DNA of 6,861 nucleotides from a virus: the IMG/VR virus record IMGVR_UViG_3300029335_000087, positions 1 through 6,861 of that record; one strand, 5' to 3'. Shown piece by piece: positions 1 to 5,711 of this stretch (the stretch's first letter is position 1; every line of letters begins with the position of its first letter). Below the pieces are notes generated by a model. It was not told where the DNA came from. It saw only the letters and a program-made list of their open reading frames with translations, and searched no databases. Made by a program: the position numbers and the translations under genes.

Positions 1-89
1 AGCACGAGAGTGTGAGGTTCAGGATAGAAGAAAAAGATGTAGGATTTATAGTCTGTATGCGGTTTTGAAGGTATATAACCTTTAGAAAA

Positions 90-163
90 GGCCCAGTGGC
101 TCAGTTGGTTAGAGCGTCGCCCTGTCACGGCGAAGGTCGTCGGTTCGAGTCCGATCTGGGTCG
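90..163 (+). tRNA. tRNA-Asp (anticodon GTC)
   Basis: Hand-folded cloverleaf, 74 nt. Acceptor GGCCCAG/CTGGGTC, D arm GCTC..GAGC, anticodon stem TCGCC/GGCGA with loop CTGTCAC, T arm GTCGG-TTCGAGT-CCGAT, discriminator G. No encoded CCA. Confidence 0.95.
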
Positions 164-168
164 TTTAT

Positions 169-241
169 GGGATCTTAGCTCAGCTGGGAGAGCATCTGCC
201 TTACAAGCAGAGGGTCACAGGTTCGAGCCCTGTAGGTCCCA
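169..241 (+). tRNA. tRNA-Val (anticodon TAC)
   Basis: 73 nt. Acceptor GGGATCT/AGGTCCC, anticodon stem TCTGC/GCAGA with loop CTTACAA, T arm ACAGG-TTCGAGC-CCTGT. No encoded CCA. Confidence 0.95.
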
Positions 242-264
242 TTAGCCATATTTTTTTAAGGCTT

Positions 265-337
265 GCCGATGTGGCTCAATTGGCAGAGCAGCTGATTTGT
301 AATCAGCAGGTTATCGGTTCGAGTCCGATCATCGGCT
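265..337 (+). tRNA. tRNA-Thr (anticodon TGT)
   Basis: 73 nt. Acceptor GCCGATG/CATCGGC, anticodon stem GCTGA/TCAGC with loop TTTGTAA, T arm ATCGG-TTCGAGT-CCGAT. No encoded CCA. Confidence 0.95.
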
Positions 338-384
338 TTGTATCTTAGCCTAAAAGGTACAATAATTTAATATTTTTAACATAT

Positions 385-466
385 GGATGGATTCCCGAGT
401 GGCCAAAGGGGACAGACTGTAAATCTGCTGCAAATTGCTTCGGTGGTTCGAATCCACCTCCATCCA
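385..466 (+). tRNA. tRNA-Tyr (anticodon GTA), class II with long variable arm
   Basis: 82 nt. Acceptor GGATGGA/TCCATCC, D region CCCGAGTGGCCAAAGGGG, anticodon loop CTGTAAA, 13-nt variable arm TGCAAATTGCTTC, T arm GGTGG-TTCGAAT-CCACC. Closely parallels the bacterial tRNA-Tyr layout. No encoded CCA. Confidence 0.93.
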
Positions 467-478
467 TTAATTTCATAA

Positions 479-552
<74 letters not shown>

Positions 553-556
553 TTTT

Positions 557-629
<73 letters not shown>

Positions 630-650
630 TTTTGTCTGAAAAGACAGAAT

Positions 651-723
651 GGGGTATTAGCTCAGTCGGTAGAGCACTTGACTTTTAATCAAGTTGTCCG
701 GGGTTCGAATCCCCGATGCCTCA
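651..723 (+). tRNA. tRNA-Lys (anticodon TTT)
   Basis: 73 nt. Acceptor GGGGTAT/ATGCCTC (one G-U pair), anticodon stem CTTGA/TCAAG with loop CTTTTAA, T arm CGGGG-TTCGAAT-CCCCG. No encoded CCA. Confidence 0.95.
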
Positions 724-732
724 TGATTCGAG

Positions 733-766
733 AAAAGCATTACTCATAGTGAGTAGTGCTTTTTTG
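733..766 (+). terminator. Rho-independent terminator closing the tRNA array
   Basis: GCATTACTCA (737-746) pairs with TGAGTAGTGC (750-759) with one G-T wobble and a 3-nt loop. It is flanked by an A-run upstream and TTTTTT (760-765) downstream. Confidence 0.8.
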
Positions 767-861
767 TTGCTTAAAACGGATATACGACTGCGTTCATGAG
801 CAAGTAGCGAAGCGGATTGTGAATGTCCGCTTTACGGATATTGAAAAAGGAGGATGGAAAT

Positions 862-2094
862 TTGAAGAAAAATGATTTATATATGATTTCCGGAACGGAA
901 TATAAAGAGATGACAAAGGAGATCCTTGCACAGTCAGATCTGTGGGCAGAAATTAAAAAAAAGGCAGATCAGAAGCAAAAAAATGCAGATCAGATGCTGA
1001 TCGGAATAAAGCCGAACCTAGTATCGCCGACGGAGGCTTCTTATGGTGCAACAACACATCCGGAGATTGTTGCGGGGATTATTGAATATTTACAGGAAAG
1101 AAGTTGTCAACATATCGTGATGCTGGAGAGCTCCTGGGTTGGGGATAAAACTTCGGAATCCATGGAAGTCTGTGGATATGACAGGCTGGTTGAAAAATAC
1201 AACGTACCATTTTGGGATATGCAGCTCGATGAAAGCAGTGAAGTGGATTGTGCCGGAATGAAACTTCAAATCTGCAGCAGTGTGAGAAAGCTGGATTTTC
1301 TGATCAATGTTCCAGTTCTGAAAGGACATTGCCAGACAAAGATCACCTGTGCATTGAAAAATATGAAAGGTCTGATTCCAAATAAGGAGAAGAGGCACTT
1401 TCATAAGCTGGGTCTGCATAAACCGATTGCACATCTGAATGTGGGGATTCATCAGGATTTTATTGTGGTGGATAATATCTGTGGTGATCTGGATTTTGAA
1501 GATGGAGGAAATCCGGTTGTTATGAACCGGATTCTGACAGCAAAAGATCCGGTTTTATGTGATACGTTTGTATGTCAGATGCTTTATTATAGGAGAGAAG
1601 ACGTTCCATATCTGGTTATGGCGGAGGAACTTGGTGTGGGTTCTGCTGATCTGGAACATGCGAATCTGATACAGATCAGATTCGAAAAAGGAACAAAAGA
1701 AGGAGAACAAGGATCAGAAGAAACGGCAAGTGGAAAAGATATCAACAGAAAAGCAAAAGAAGTGAAAGATATCCACAAAACAGTATGGAAGGGCTGGGAG
1801 GATGTGGATATTCCAAGGGAGCGAAAGATTGTTGAACTGCAGGATGCTGTCGAGGAAGTGGAGTCCTGCAGTGCCTGTTATGGCTATCTGATCCCGGCAC
1901 TGGATATGCTGAAACAGGAAGGTTTGTTTGAGAAACTGGACTGTAAAATTGCTGTTGGGCAGGGATACCGCGGTAAAAGCGGGAAACTGGGGGTCGGAAA
2001 CTGTACTTGCAGGTTTGAGCATTTTGTAAAGGGATGTCCGCCGACGGAGATAGAAATTTATGAATATTTGAAGAAATATCTGATACAATATTAG
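862..2094 (+). CDS. DUF362 domain-containing protein (putative Fe-S associated)
   Basis: Long ORF (track 823..2094). The motif LIGIKPNLVSP...TTHPEIVAGIIEYL and the C-terminal Cys clusters (CSACYGYL, GNCTC, GCPP) match my memory of the DUF362 family. I prefer the in-frame TTG at 862 because AAGGAGGA (847-854) sits 7 nt upstream. ATG 823 and ATG 883 have no comparable RBS, so the start is uncertain. Confidence 0.8.
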   Translation: MKKNDLYMISGTEYKEMTKEILAQSDLWAEIKKKADQKQKNADQMLIGIKPNLVSPTEASYGATTHPEIVAGIIEYLQERSCQHIVMLESSWVGDKTSESMEVCGYDRLVEKYNVPFWDMQLDESSEVDCAGMKLQICSSVRKLDFLINVPVLKGHCQTKITCALKNMKGLIPNKEKRHFHKLGLHKPIAHLNVGIHQDFIVVDNICGDLDFEDGGNPVVMNRILTAKDPVLCDTFVCQMLYYRREDVPYLVMAEELGVGSADLEHANLIQIRFEKGTKEGEQGSEETASGKDINRKAKEVKDIHKTVWKGWEDVDIPRERKIVELQDAVEEVESCSACYGYLIPALDMLKQEGLFEKLDCKIAVGQGYRGKSGKLGVGNCTCRFEHFVKGCPPTEIEIYEYLKKYLIQY

Positions 2095-2216
2095 AAATTA
2101 GAAAAATTATCCAATTCATCGAAAAAACCTTTGCTTTAGATATGGGGATATAAGATGCGTCCATTGAATTTATGCTTATATCAAATTTTGATAAAAACTT
2201 TGATAAGTTTTAGAAT

Positions 2217-2263
2217 GAAAATCGACAAGAGGTTATAAAGCCTCTGCCGATTTTCTTTTTTTT
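2217..2263 (+). terminator. Probable intrinsic terminator downstream of the DUF362 gene
   Basis: Imperfect hairpin AAAATCGACAAGAGG / CCTCTGCCGATTTT (one bulge, one mismatch, 8-nt loop) followed by the T-rich run TTTTCTTTTTTTT. Confidence 0.55.
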
Positions 2264-2284
2264 ATAGGAAACAGCAGAAAAGAA

Positions 2285-2325
2285 GAGCGTGCAGAGCGTA
2301 AAAACTCTGGCACGCTTATTTTTTT
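2285..2325 (+). terminator. Second intrinsic terminator-like hairpin at the composition boundary
   Basis: AGCGTGCAGAG (2286-2296) pairs with CTCTGGCACGCT (2305-2316) with one bulged G and an 8-nt loop, then TATTTTTTT (2317-2325). It overlaps the GTG-2289 start proposed by the ORF track, which argues against that start. Confidence 0.6.
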
Positions 2326-2348
2326 ACAACGAAAGAGAGGTACGGAGA

Positions 2349-2972
2349 ATGGAAAGAGTGACATTTGAAGAGTATGAGGCAGCAAAAGCGGCAGTATTGT
2401 ACGGGAAAGAATACGAAGAAACATCAAGCATGGAAAATAACGTCATTCATAAGCAGTATGTATGCAAGGACGGTAGCGGGATATTTTACGAAAGAACAGA
2501 GAACGGCGTAACAGAGTTTTGGAGTACAGAGTACAGCAAAAGCCGTATCTATGCAGACAAGGCAGACGAAAAAGTAGAATTAAGCGAAAACCGCAAGAAA
2601 GCAATAAAAAGGCTATATAAACTGGTTTATTGGTTCGCTGACGAGATGCTTAACGAAGAGGACGCAGAGAAGAGAGAGGCGGCAGAGTTTGAAGAGCAGC
2701 GAAAGAAAGAGCCGGATAAACTGCAAATTAGAGTAAGCGTACACGATAATAACGCAAGAGTTATGAAAGATTGCATAAGAGAGGCACGGGACGCAGCGGA
2801 ATTTTTGAAAAGTGGAGAGAACGACGTAGAAGAATGGCAAATAGCAGGAATAAACGCAATGTTCGACCAGTGCAATGAAGAAAGAATTATACCGTATGAT
2901 TTACCGACAGCTATAAAAGGGCTTTCGTGTATGCACATTCTTTGTAAGCCAGAGGCTGTAGCAGAAAAATGA
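2349..2972 (+). CDS. Hypothetical acidic protein (207 aa), no family recognised
   Basis: ORF track gives 2289..2972. I prefer ATG 2349 (MERVTFEEYEAAK...) because it is preceded by AGAGAGG (2334-2340) and lies downstream of the 2285-2325 hairpin. Coding-like composition. By hand count about 45 D/E versus about 32 K/R. Confidence 0.65.
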   Translation: MERVTFEEYEAAKAAVLYGKEYEETSSMENNVIHKQYVCKDGSGIFYERTENGVTEFWSTEYSKSRIYADKADEKVELSENRKKAIKRLYKLVYWFADEMLNEEDAEKREAAEFEEQRKKEPDKLQIRVSVHDNNARVMKDCIREARDAAEFLKSGENDVEEWQIAGINAMFDQCNEERIIPYDLPTAIKGLSCMHILCKPEAVAEK

Positions 2973-3018
2973 GGAAAGGGGCGGCGGCAACGTCGCCCAA
3001 AGGAAAGGAGCATAGAGC

Positions 3019-3213
3019 ATGGGAAAACGAAAATATAAGCGTCTGCATTATGAGGACAGGCAGACCATAGAGGCTATGAGTAAGCAGGGCAGCAGCGTAA
3101 GCGATATTGCAGAGGCGCTGGGAACACACAGGGACACTATTTATAGGGAGTTCAAACGCTGCAACGCCACACTGAAAACATACACAGCAGGCACAGGCAA
3201 TGGGACTGAATGA
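3019..3213 (+). CDS. IS30-family-transposase-like N-terminal HTH fragment (64 aa, apparently 3'-truncated)
   Basis: Good RBS (AAAGGAAAGGAG, 7-nt spacer). KRLHYEDRQTIEAMSKQGSSVSDIAEALGTHRDTIYREFKRCN follows the HLTxEERxxIExLxxxGxSxxxIAxxLGRxxSTISREIxRN pattern of IS30-type transposase N-termini. No catalytic DDE region follows, and the ORF ends 14 nt inside the next ORF. Confidence 0.6.
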   Translation: MGKRKYKRLHYEDRQTIEAMSKQGSSVSDIAEALGTHRDTIYREFKRCNATLKTYTAGTGNGTE

Positions 3214-3487
3214 AACGGGCGGTTTTATCAATTCCATAAAAGCTACGGACGTAAAGGGCGACGATACGGAGAAATACGTAGAGATATACCCACAGGGACG
3301 GGCAAAGCATGGAAACGACAGAAAAGGAGATAAAAGCAAGGTGCGCTATGCAACAATCGGCTTTGTGGCAGAGTACGGCACAAGTAGCCACGCTGCACGC
3401 CCTTATATGACAGTGGCAAACGAAAAGGCGCACGAAAAGGTAGTAGAGGCACAGCGCAGTATATGGGAGAGTGAAACAGGCGAATGA
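3200..3487 (+). CDS. HK97 gp10-family head-tail/tail-completion protein, N-terminally truncated
   Basis: ETGGFINSIKA...VRYATIGFVAEYGTSSHAARPYMTVA resembles the gp10-family core (TGxLrxSI ... vEfGTs...ArPfm). About 35-40 N-terminal residues seem missing. This frame is closed by TGA at 3173-3175, and there is no convincing RBS before ATG 3200. Confidence 0.65.
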   Translation: MGLNETGGFINSIKATDVKGDDTEKYVEIYPQGRAKHGNDRKGDKSKVRYATIGFVAEYGTSSHAARPYMTVANEKAHEKVVEAQRSIWESETGE

Positions 3488-3810
3488 GTATACAGGAGAT
3501 TTTAGAAAGCGCAGGGTTGCCAGCCCAGAGAGGCGTTTACACTGGACGGGATAAGCCAGACGCATATTATACGTTTCTGCGGCTGCTGGGTACGCCTGCG
3601 GTAAATGCAGACGACGAAGAGAAAGAGCGCAGGGAAATGTATAGAGTTACGCTTTTCCATAAGGGCGATTTTGAGGCGCAGCTTGATAAGACAAAAGAGG
3701 TATTGAAAGCAGCAGGCGTTTATATCAACAGCATAGACGCAGAAAGCTACGAAACAGAAACGGGGTACTGGTTAGTGCCTATCACAGTCGAGATTTTGAA
3801 AGAGGAGTGA
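3484..3810 (+). CDS. Putative tail terminator / tail-completion protein (DUF3168-like)
   Basis: 108-aa ORF whose ATG overlaps the upstream stop (ATGA at 3484-3487). It sits between a gp10-like gene and the major tail gene, the canonical siphovirus slot. The function is assigned mainly from gene order. Confidence 0.6.
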   Translation: MSIQEILESAGLPAQRGVYTGRDKPDAYYTFLRLLGTPAVNADDEEKERREMYRVTLFHKGDFEAQLDKTKEVLKAAGVYINSIDAESYETETGYWLVPITVEILKEE

Positions 3811-3817
3811 TTAAACA

Positions 3818-4381
3818 ATGACACTGGGACTGAAAGATTTATATTACGCCGTATGCACAGAGGCAGACGGAGCAGAGAGCTACGGGGCACCTAAGAAAAT
3901 GGCAGAGGCAATGAGCGCTGATTTATCCGTAAAGACAGCAGACGGCAGCTTGTATGCAGACGACACATTAAGCGAGAGCGTCACGGAGTTTGCAAGCGGA
4001 ACGCTTAAGCTGGGAATTAAAGACCTTACGCCGGAAGTGCTGGCAGAGCTGCTGGGGCAGGCAGTAGATAAGAACAGCGTAGTATGGGCGGGAAAAGAGG
4101 ACGAGCCGCCGTATGTTGCTGTAGGGTTCAGAGCTAAGAAAACGGGTGGTAAATACCGTTACGTATGGCTGCTTAAAGCAAAATTTAAAGTACCGTCTGA
4201 AAAGTACGAAACAAAGGGCGAGAGTATCAAGTTTAACACGCCGGACATTGAGGCATCTTTTACAACAAGAAAGAAAGATAACTTGTGGAAAGCAGACTTT
4301 GTGGGAACAGAGGAAAGCGCAGCGGCTAAAACGTGGTTTACAGCAGTGCCGGAAAAGGCAGCAGCAATGGAAAGTGTATAA
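3818..4381 (+). CDS. Phage major tail protein (phi13-family-like)
   Basis: 187 aa with RBS AAAGAGGAG 9 nt upstream. Size, the N-terminus MTLGLKDLYYAV and the position directly before the chaperone and tape measure genes fit Firmicute siphovirus major tail proteins. Confidence 0.8.
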   Translation: MTLGLKDLYYAVCTEADGAESYGAPKKMAEAMSADLSVKTADGSLYADDTLSESVTEFASGTLKLGIKDLTPEVLAELLGQAVDKNSVVWAGKEDEPPYVAVGFRAKKTGGKYRYVWLLKAKFKVPSEKYETKGESIKFNTPDIEASFTTRKKDNLWKADFVGTEESAAAKTWFTAVPEKAAAMESV

Positions 4382-4395
4382 AACAGGAAAGGAGA

Positions 4396-4425
4396 GAGGC
4401 GTAGCATGGGCTGCGCCTTAATTTT
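4396..4425 (+). terminator. Hairpin / partial terminator after the major tail gene
   Basis: AGGCGTAGC (4396-4404) pairs with GCTGCGCCT (4409-4417) with one G-T wobble and loop ATGG, followed by TAATTTTAT. The U-tract is weak, so this is an attenuator at best. Confidence 0.4.
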
Positions 4426-4430
4426 ATATC

Positions 4431-4697
4431 ATGGGAGCATTAAAGAGCGGGGCTTTTCCCGTAGAGCTGAACGGCAAAGAATATGGTTTACTTTTTTCGC
4501 TGAACGCATTAGACGAAGTGCAGGAAAAGTTTGGGGGCTACGACAAATTAAGTGAGGTATTCAATAAAGATAACCCAAACATTTTTAAAGATACAAGGTG
4601 GTTACTTACGCTGCTTATTAACGAGGCACTTTTAGCAGAGGACGAAAACGCCCAGCTGCTTGAAGAGAAGAGGGTAAAGTGCTTAATTCTGAAATGA
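4431..4697 (+). CDS. Phage tail assembly chaperone (gpG-like), probably 3'-truncated
   Basis: FPVELNGKEYGLLFSLNALDEVQEKFG is the typical chaperone N-terminal motif (INGKxYxLxFxxxAL). It is only 88 aa, with no slippery site or T-extension frame downstream. The stop overlaps the next ATG (ATGA at 4694-4697). Confidence 0.7.
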   Translation: MGALKSGAFPVELNGKEYGLLFSLNALDEVQEKFGGYDKLSEVFNKDNPNIFKDTRWLLTLLINEALLAEDENAQLLEEKRVKCLILK

Positions 4698-5608
4698 AAC
4701 TTGTAACGGCTGAATATAAGGACAATGCAAGCAGCGTAGATGCGCTGAAAGCAAAGCAGGCGGTACTACAGAAAACATACGACGAGCAGGCAAAAAAGGT
4801 AAAAGAAACCGAGGCGGCTTTAGAAAAATGTCGCAAGGCAACAGGAGACAATAGCGAAGAAAGTAAAAAACTTGAAACCCAGTTAAATTACCAGAAAGCA
4901 GCGCTTGTAAAGACAGAGCAGGAATTAGGCAAAACGACTGACGAAATGGAAAAAGCAGAAAAAGCCGCTGACGAAATGGGAAAGGAAATAAAAGACAGCG
5001 GGGAACAGGCAGACGACGCAAAGGGAAAATTTTCTGGATTTACAAGCGTGCTAAGCGGAATGGGTACAGCGCTTAAAGCAGCAGCAGCGGCGACGGCGGC
5101 AGCAGTTGCGGGAGCGGCAACAGCCATAGGAGCGCTTACCACAAAAGCGATAGAGGGATACGCAGCACAGGAACAGCTTGTAGGCGGTGTAGAAACTCTT
5201 TTCAAAACGTCGTCTGATACGGTTGTTGGTTATGCAAACGACGCATATAAAACAGCCGGAATGTCTGCAAATGAGTACATGGAAACAGTTACCAGCTTTT
5301 CAGCGTCGCTGCTTGCCAGTATGAATAATGACACGGCAGCGGCAGCAGAAAAGGCAAACGTGGCAATTACGGATATGTCAGACAATGCAAATAAAATGGG
5401 TACTGATATATCGCTTATACAGAACGCCTATAACGGTTTTGCAAAGCAGAATTATACCATGCTGGATGCAAAGACGGGAGAAACCACAGGAAAGGGAGTA
5501 TTTACCATTGTGGAAGTGAAAGCCGGACAGGGTGCAAGCGTTGGCTGGGGACGCTTGAAGAGTGGCGCAGGCTGGATTAGCTTAGATTATGCCACAAGAT
5601 TAGCTTAA
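4679..5608 (+). CDS. Chimeric ORF: tape measure protein N-terminal segment fused in frame to the C-terminal half of an SH3b domain
   Basis: Coiled-coil (SEMKLVTAEYKDN...ALKAKQAVLQK...), an Ala-rich hydrophobic segment and AYNGFAKQNYTMLD are tape-measure hallmarks. After D263 (5465-5467) the expected NLKLGYGGT continuation is replaced by AKTGETTGKGVFTIVEVK...GWGRLKSGAGWISLDYATRLA, an SH3b C-terminal signature typical of clostridial endolysin ends. Start is GTG 4679 (AGAGGG upstream) or ATG 4694. Confidence 0.8.
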   Translation: MLNSEMKLVTAEYKDNASSVDALKAKQAVLQKTYDEQAKKVKETEAALEKCRKATGDNSEESKKLETQLNYQKAALVKTEQELGKTTDEMEKAEKAADEMGKEIKDSGEQADDAKGKFSGFTSVLSGMGTALKAAAAATAAAVAGAATAIGALTTKAIEGYAAQEQLVGGVETLFKTSSDTVVGYANDAYKTAGMSANEYMETVTSFSASLLASMNNDTAAAAEKANVAITDMSDNANKMGTDISLIQNAYNGFAKQNYTMLDAKTGETTGKGVFTIVEVKAGQGASVGWGRLKSGAGWISLDYATRLA

Positions 5609-5614
5609 GTTTTC

Positions 5615-5651
5615 GAGGGTGGGCGGTTCGCTGCCTGCCCTCTATTTTTTT
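5615..5651 (+). terminator. Strong Rho-independent terminator
   Basis: 12-bp GC-rich stem GAGGGTGGGCGG / CTGCCTGCCCTC (three G-T wobbles) with a TTCG tetraloop, followed by TATTTTTTT. Confidence 0.85.
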
Positions 5652-5682
5652 GCAATTTTATAGGATTTTCTGCATAAAAGCG

Positions 5683-5711
5683 TTGACAATATACCAAAGT
5701 TGGTATATAAT
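5683..5711 (+). promoter_or_regulatory. Consensus sigma-70/sigma-A promoter
   Basis: TTGACA (5683-5688), exactly 17 nt of spacer, TATAAT (5706-5711). Both hexamers are perfect. The predicted transcription start site (TSS) is near 5718. Confidence 0.75.
5689..5708. promoter_or_regulatory. Putative operator: perfect 9-2-9 palindrome inside the promoter spacer
   Basis: ATATACCAA (5689-5697), AG, TTGGTATAT (5700-5708). The arms are exact reverse complements. The palindrome fills the -35/-10 spacer and overlaps the first 3 nt of the -10. Confidence 0.5.

Noticed and set aside
1-89. The opening AGCACGAGAG... resembled the AAGCACGAAA segment near the 23S rRNA 3' end. I also looked here for a tRNA-operon promoter.
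   Set aside because: The similarity does not continue, because the rest is AT-rich and unlike rRNA. No -35/-10 pair with acceptable spacing was found, so no call is made.
651-723. tRNA-Lys, or another tRNA of the array, as the integration target (attB) of the island.
   Set aside because: No second copy of any tRNA 3' segment is visible elsewhere in the window, and a host-like DUF362 gene separates the array from the island.
823-861. ATG 823 as the DUF362 start, and likewise GTG 2289 as the start of the next long ORF.
   Set aside because: Neither has a credible RBS. TTG 862 has AAGGAGGA at ideal spacing. GTG 2289 lies inside a terminator-like hairpin, whereas ATG 2349 follows it with an RBS. 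Both remain possible, so they are flagged as start uncertainty only.
2155-2238. A 27-aa ORF (MRPLNLCLYQILIKTLISFRMKIDKRL) between the DUF362 gene and its terminator.
   Set aside because: The RBS is weak, the region is AT-rich intergenic DNA, and the ORF runs into the terminator stem. Nothing distinguishes it from chance.
2979-2998. The GC-rich GGGCGGCGGCAACGTCGCCC after the acidic-protein gene, considered as a terminator or IS inverted repeat.
   Set aside because: Only a 4-5 bp stem with a large loop is possible, there is no T-tract, and no matching partner repeat occurs in the window.
4146-4421. A + strand ORF overlapping the 3' end of the major tail gene in another frame, considered as a possible frameshift extension. 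The same reasoning applies to 5328..5519 inside the tape measure gene.
   Set aside because: The products are Arg/Lys/Gln-rich junk. There is no slippery site at the frame junction. The extension past the major tail stop is only about 40 nt.
4492-4497. T6 run (CTTTTTTC) in the chaperone gene as a -1 slippery site for a G/GT-type frameshift.
   Set aside because: It lies at about codon 21, far too early for a G/GT junction, and the -1 frame there closes quickly.
5078-5125. A GCA/GCG/GCC-rich stretch that looks like a short tandem repeat.
   Set aside because: It is in-frame coding for the Ala-rich hydrophobic segment (AAAAATAAAVAGAATAIGA) typical of tape measure proteins, not a structured repeat or CRISPR.
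1090-5205. Many minus-strand ORFs in the track (for example 1090..1452, 1714..2088, 1742..2164, 2627..3013, 2911..3339, 3152..3565, 4159..4407, 4618..4851, 4683..5021, 4888..5205).
   Set aside because: All lie antisense to well-supported + strand genes. They have no RBS and low-complexity Ser/Leu/Cys/Phe-rich products typical of shadow frames opposite purine-rich coding strands.
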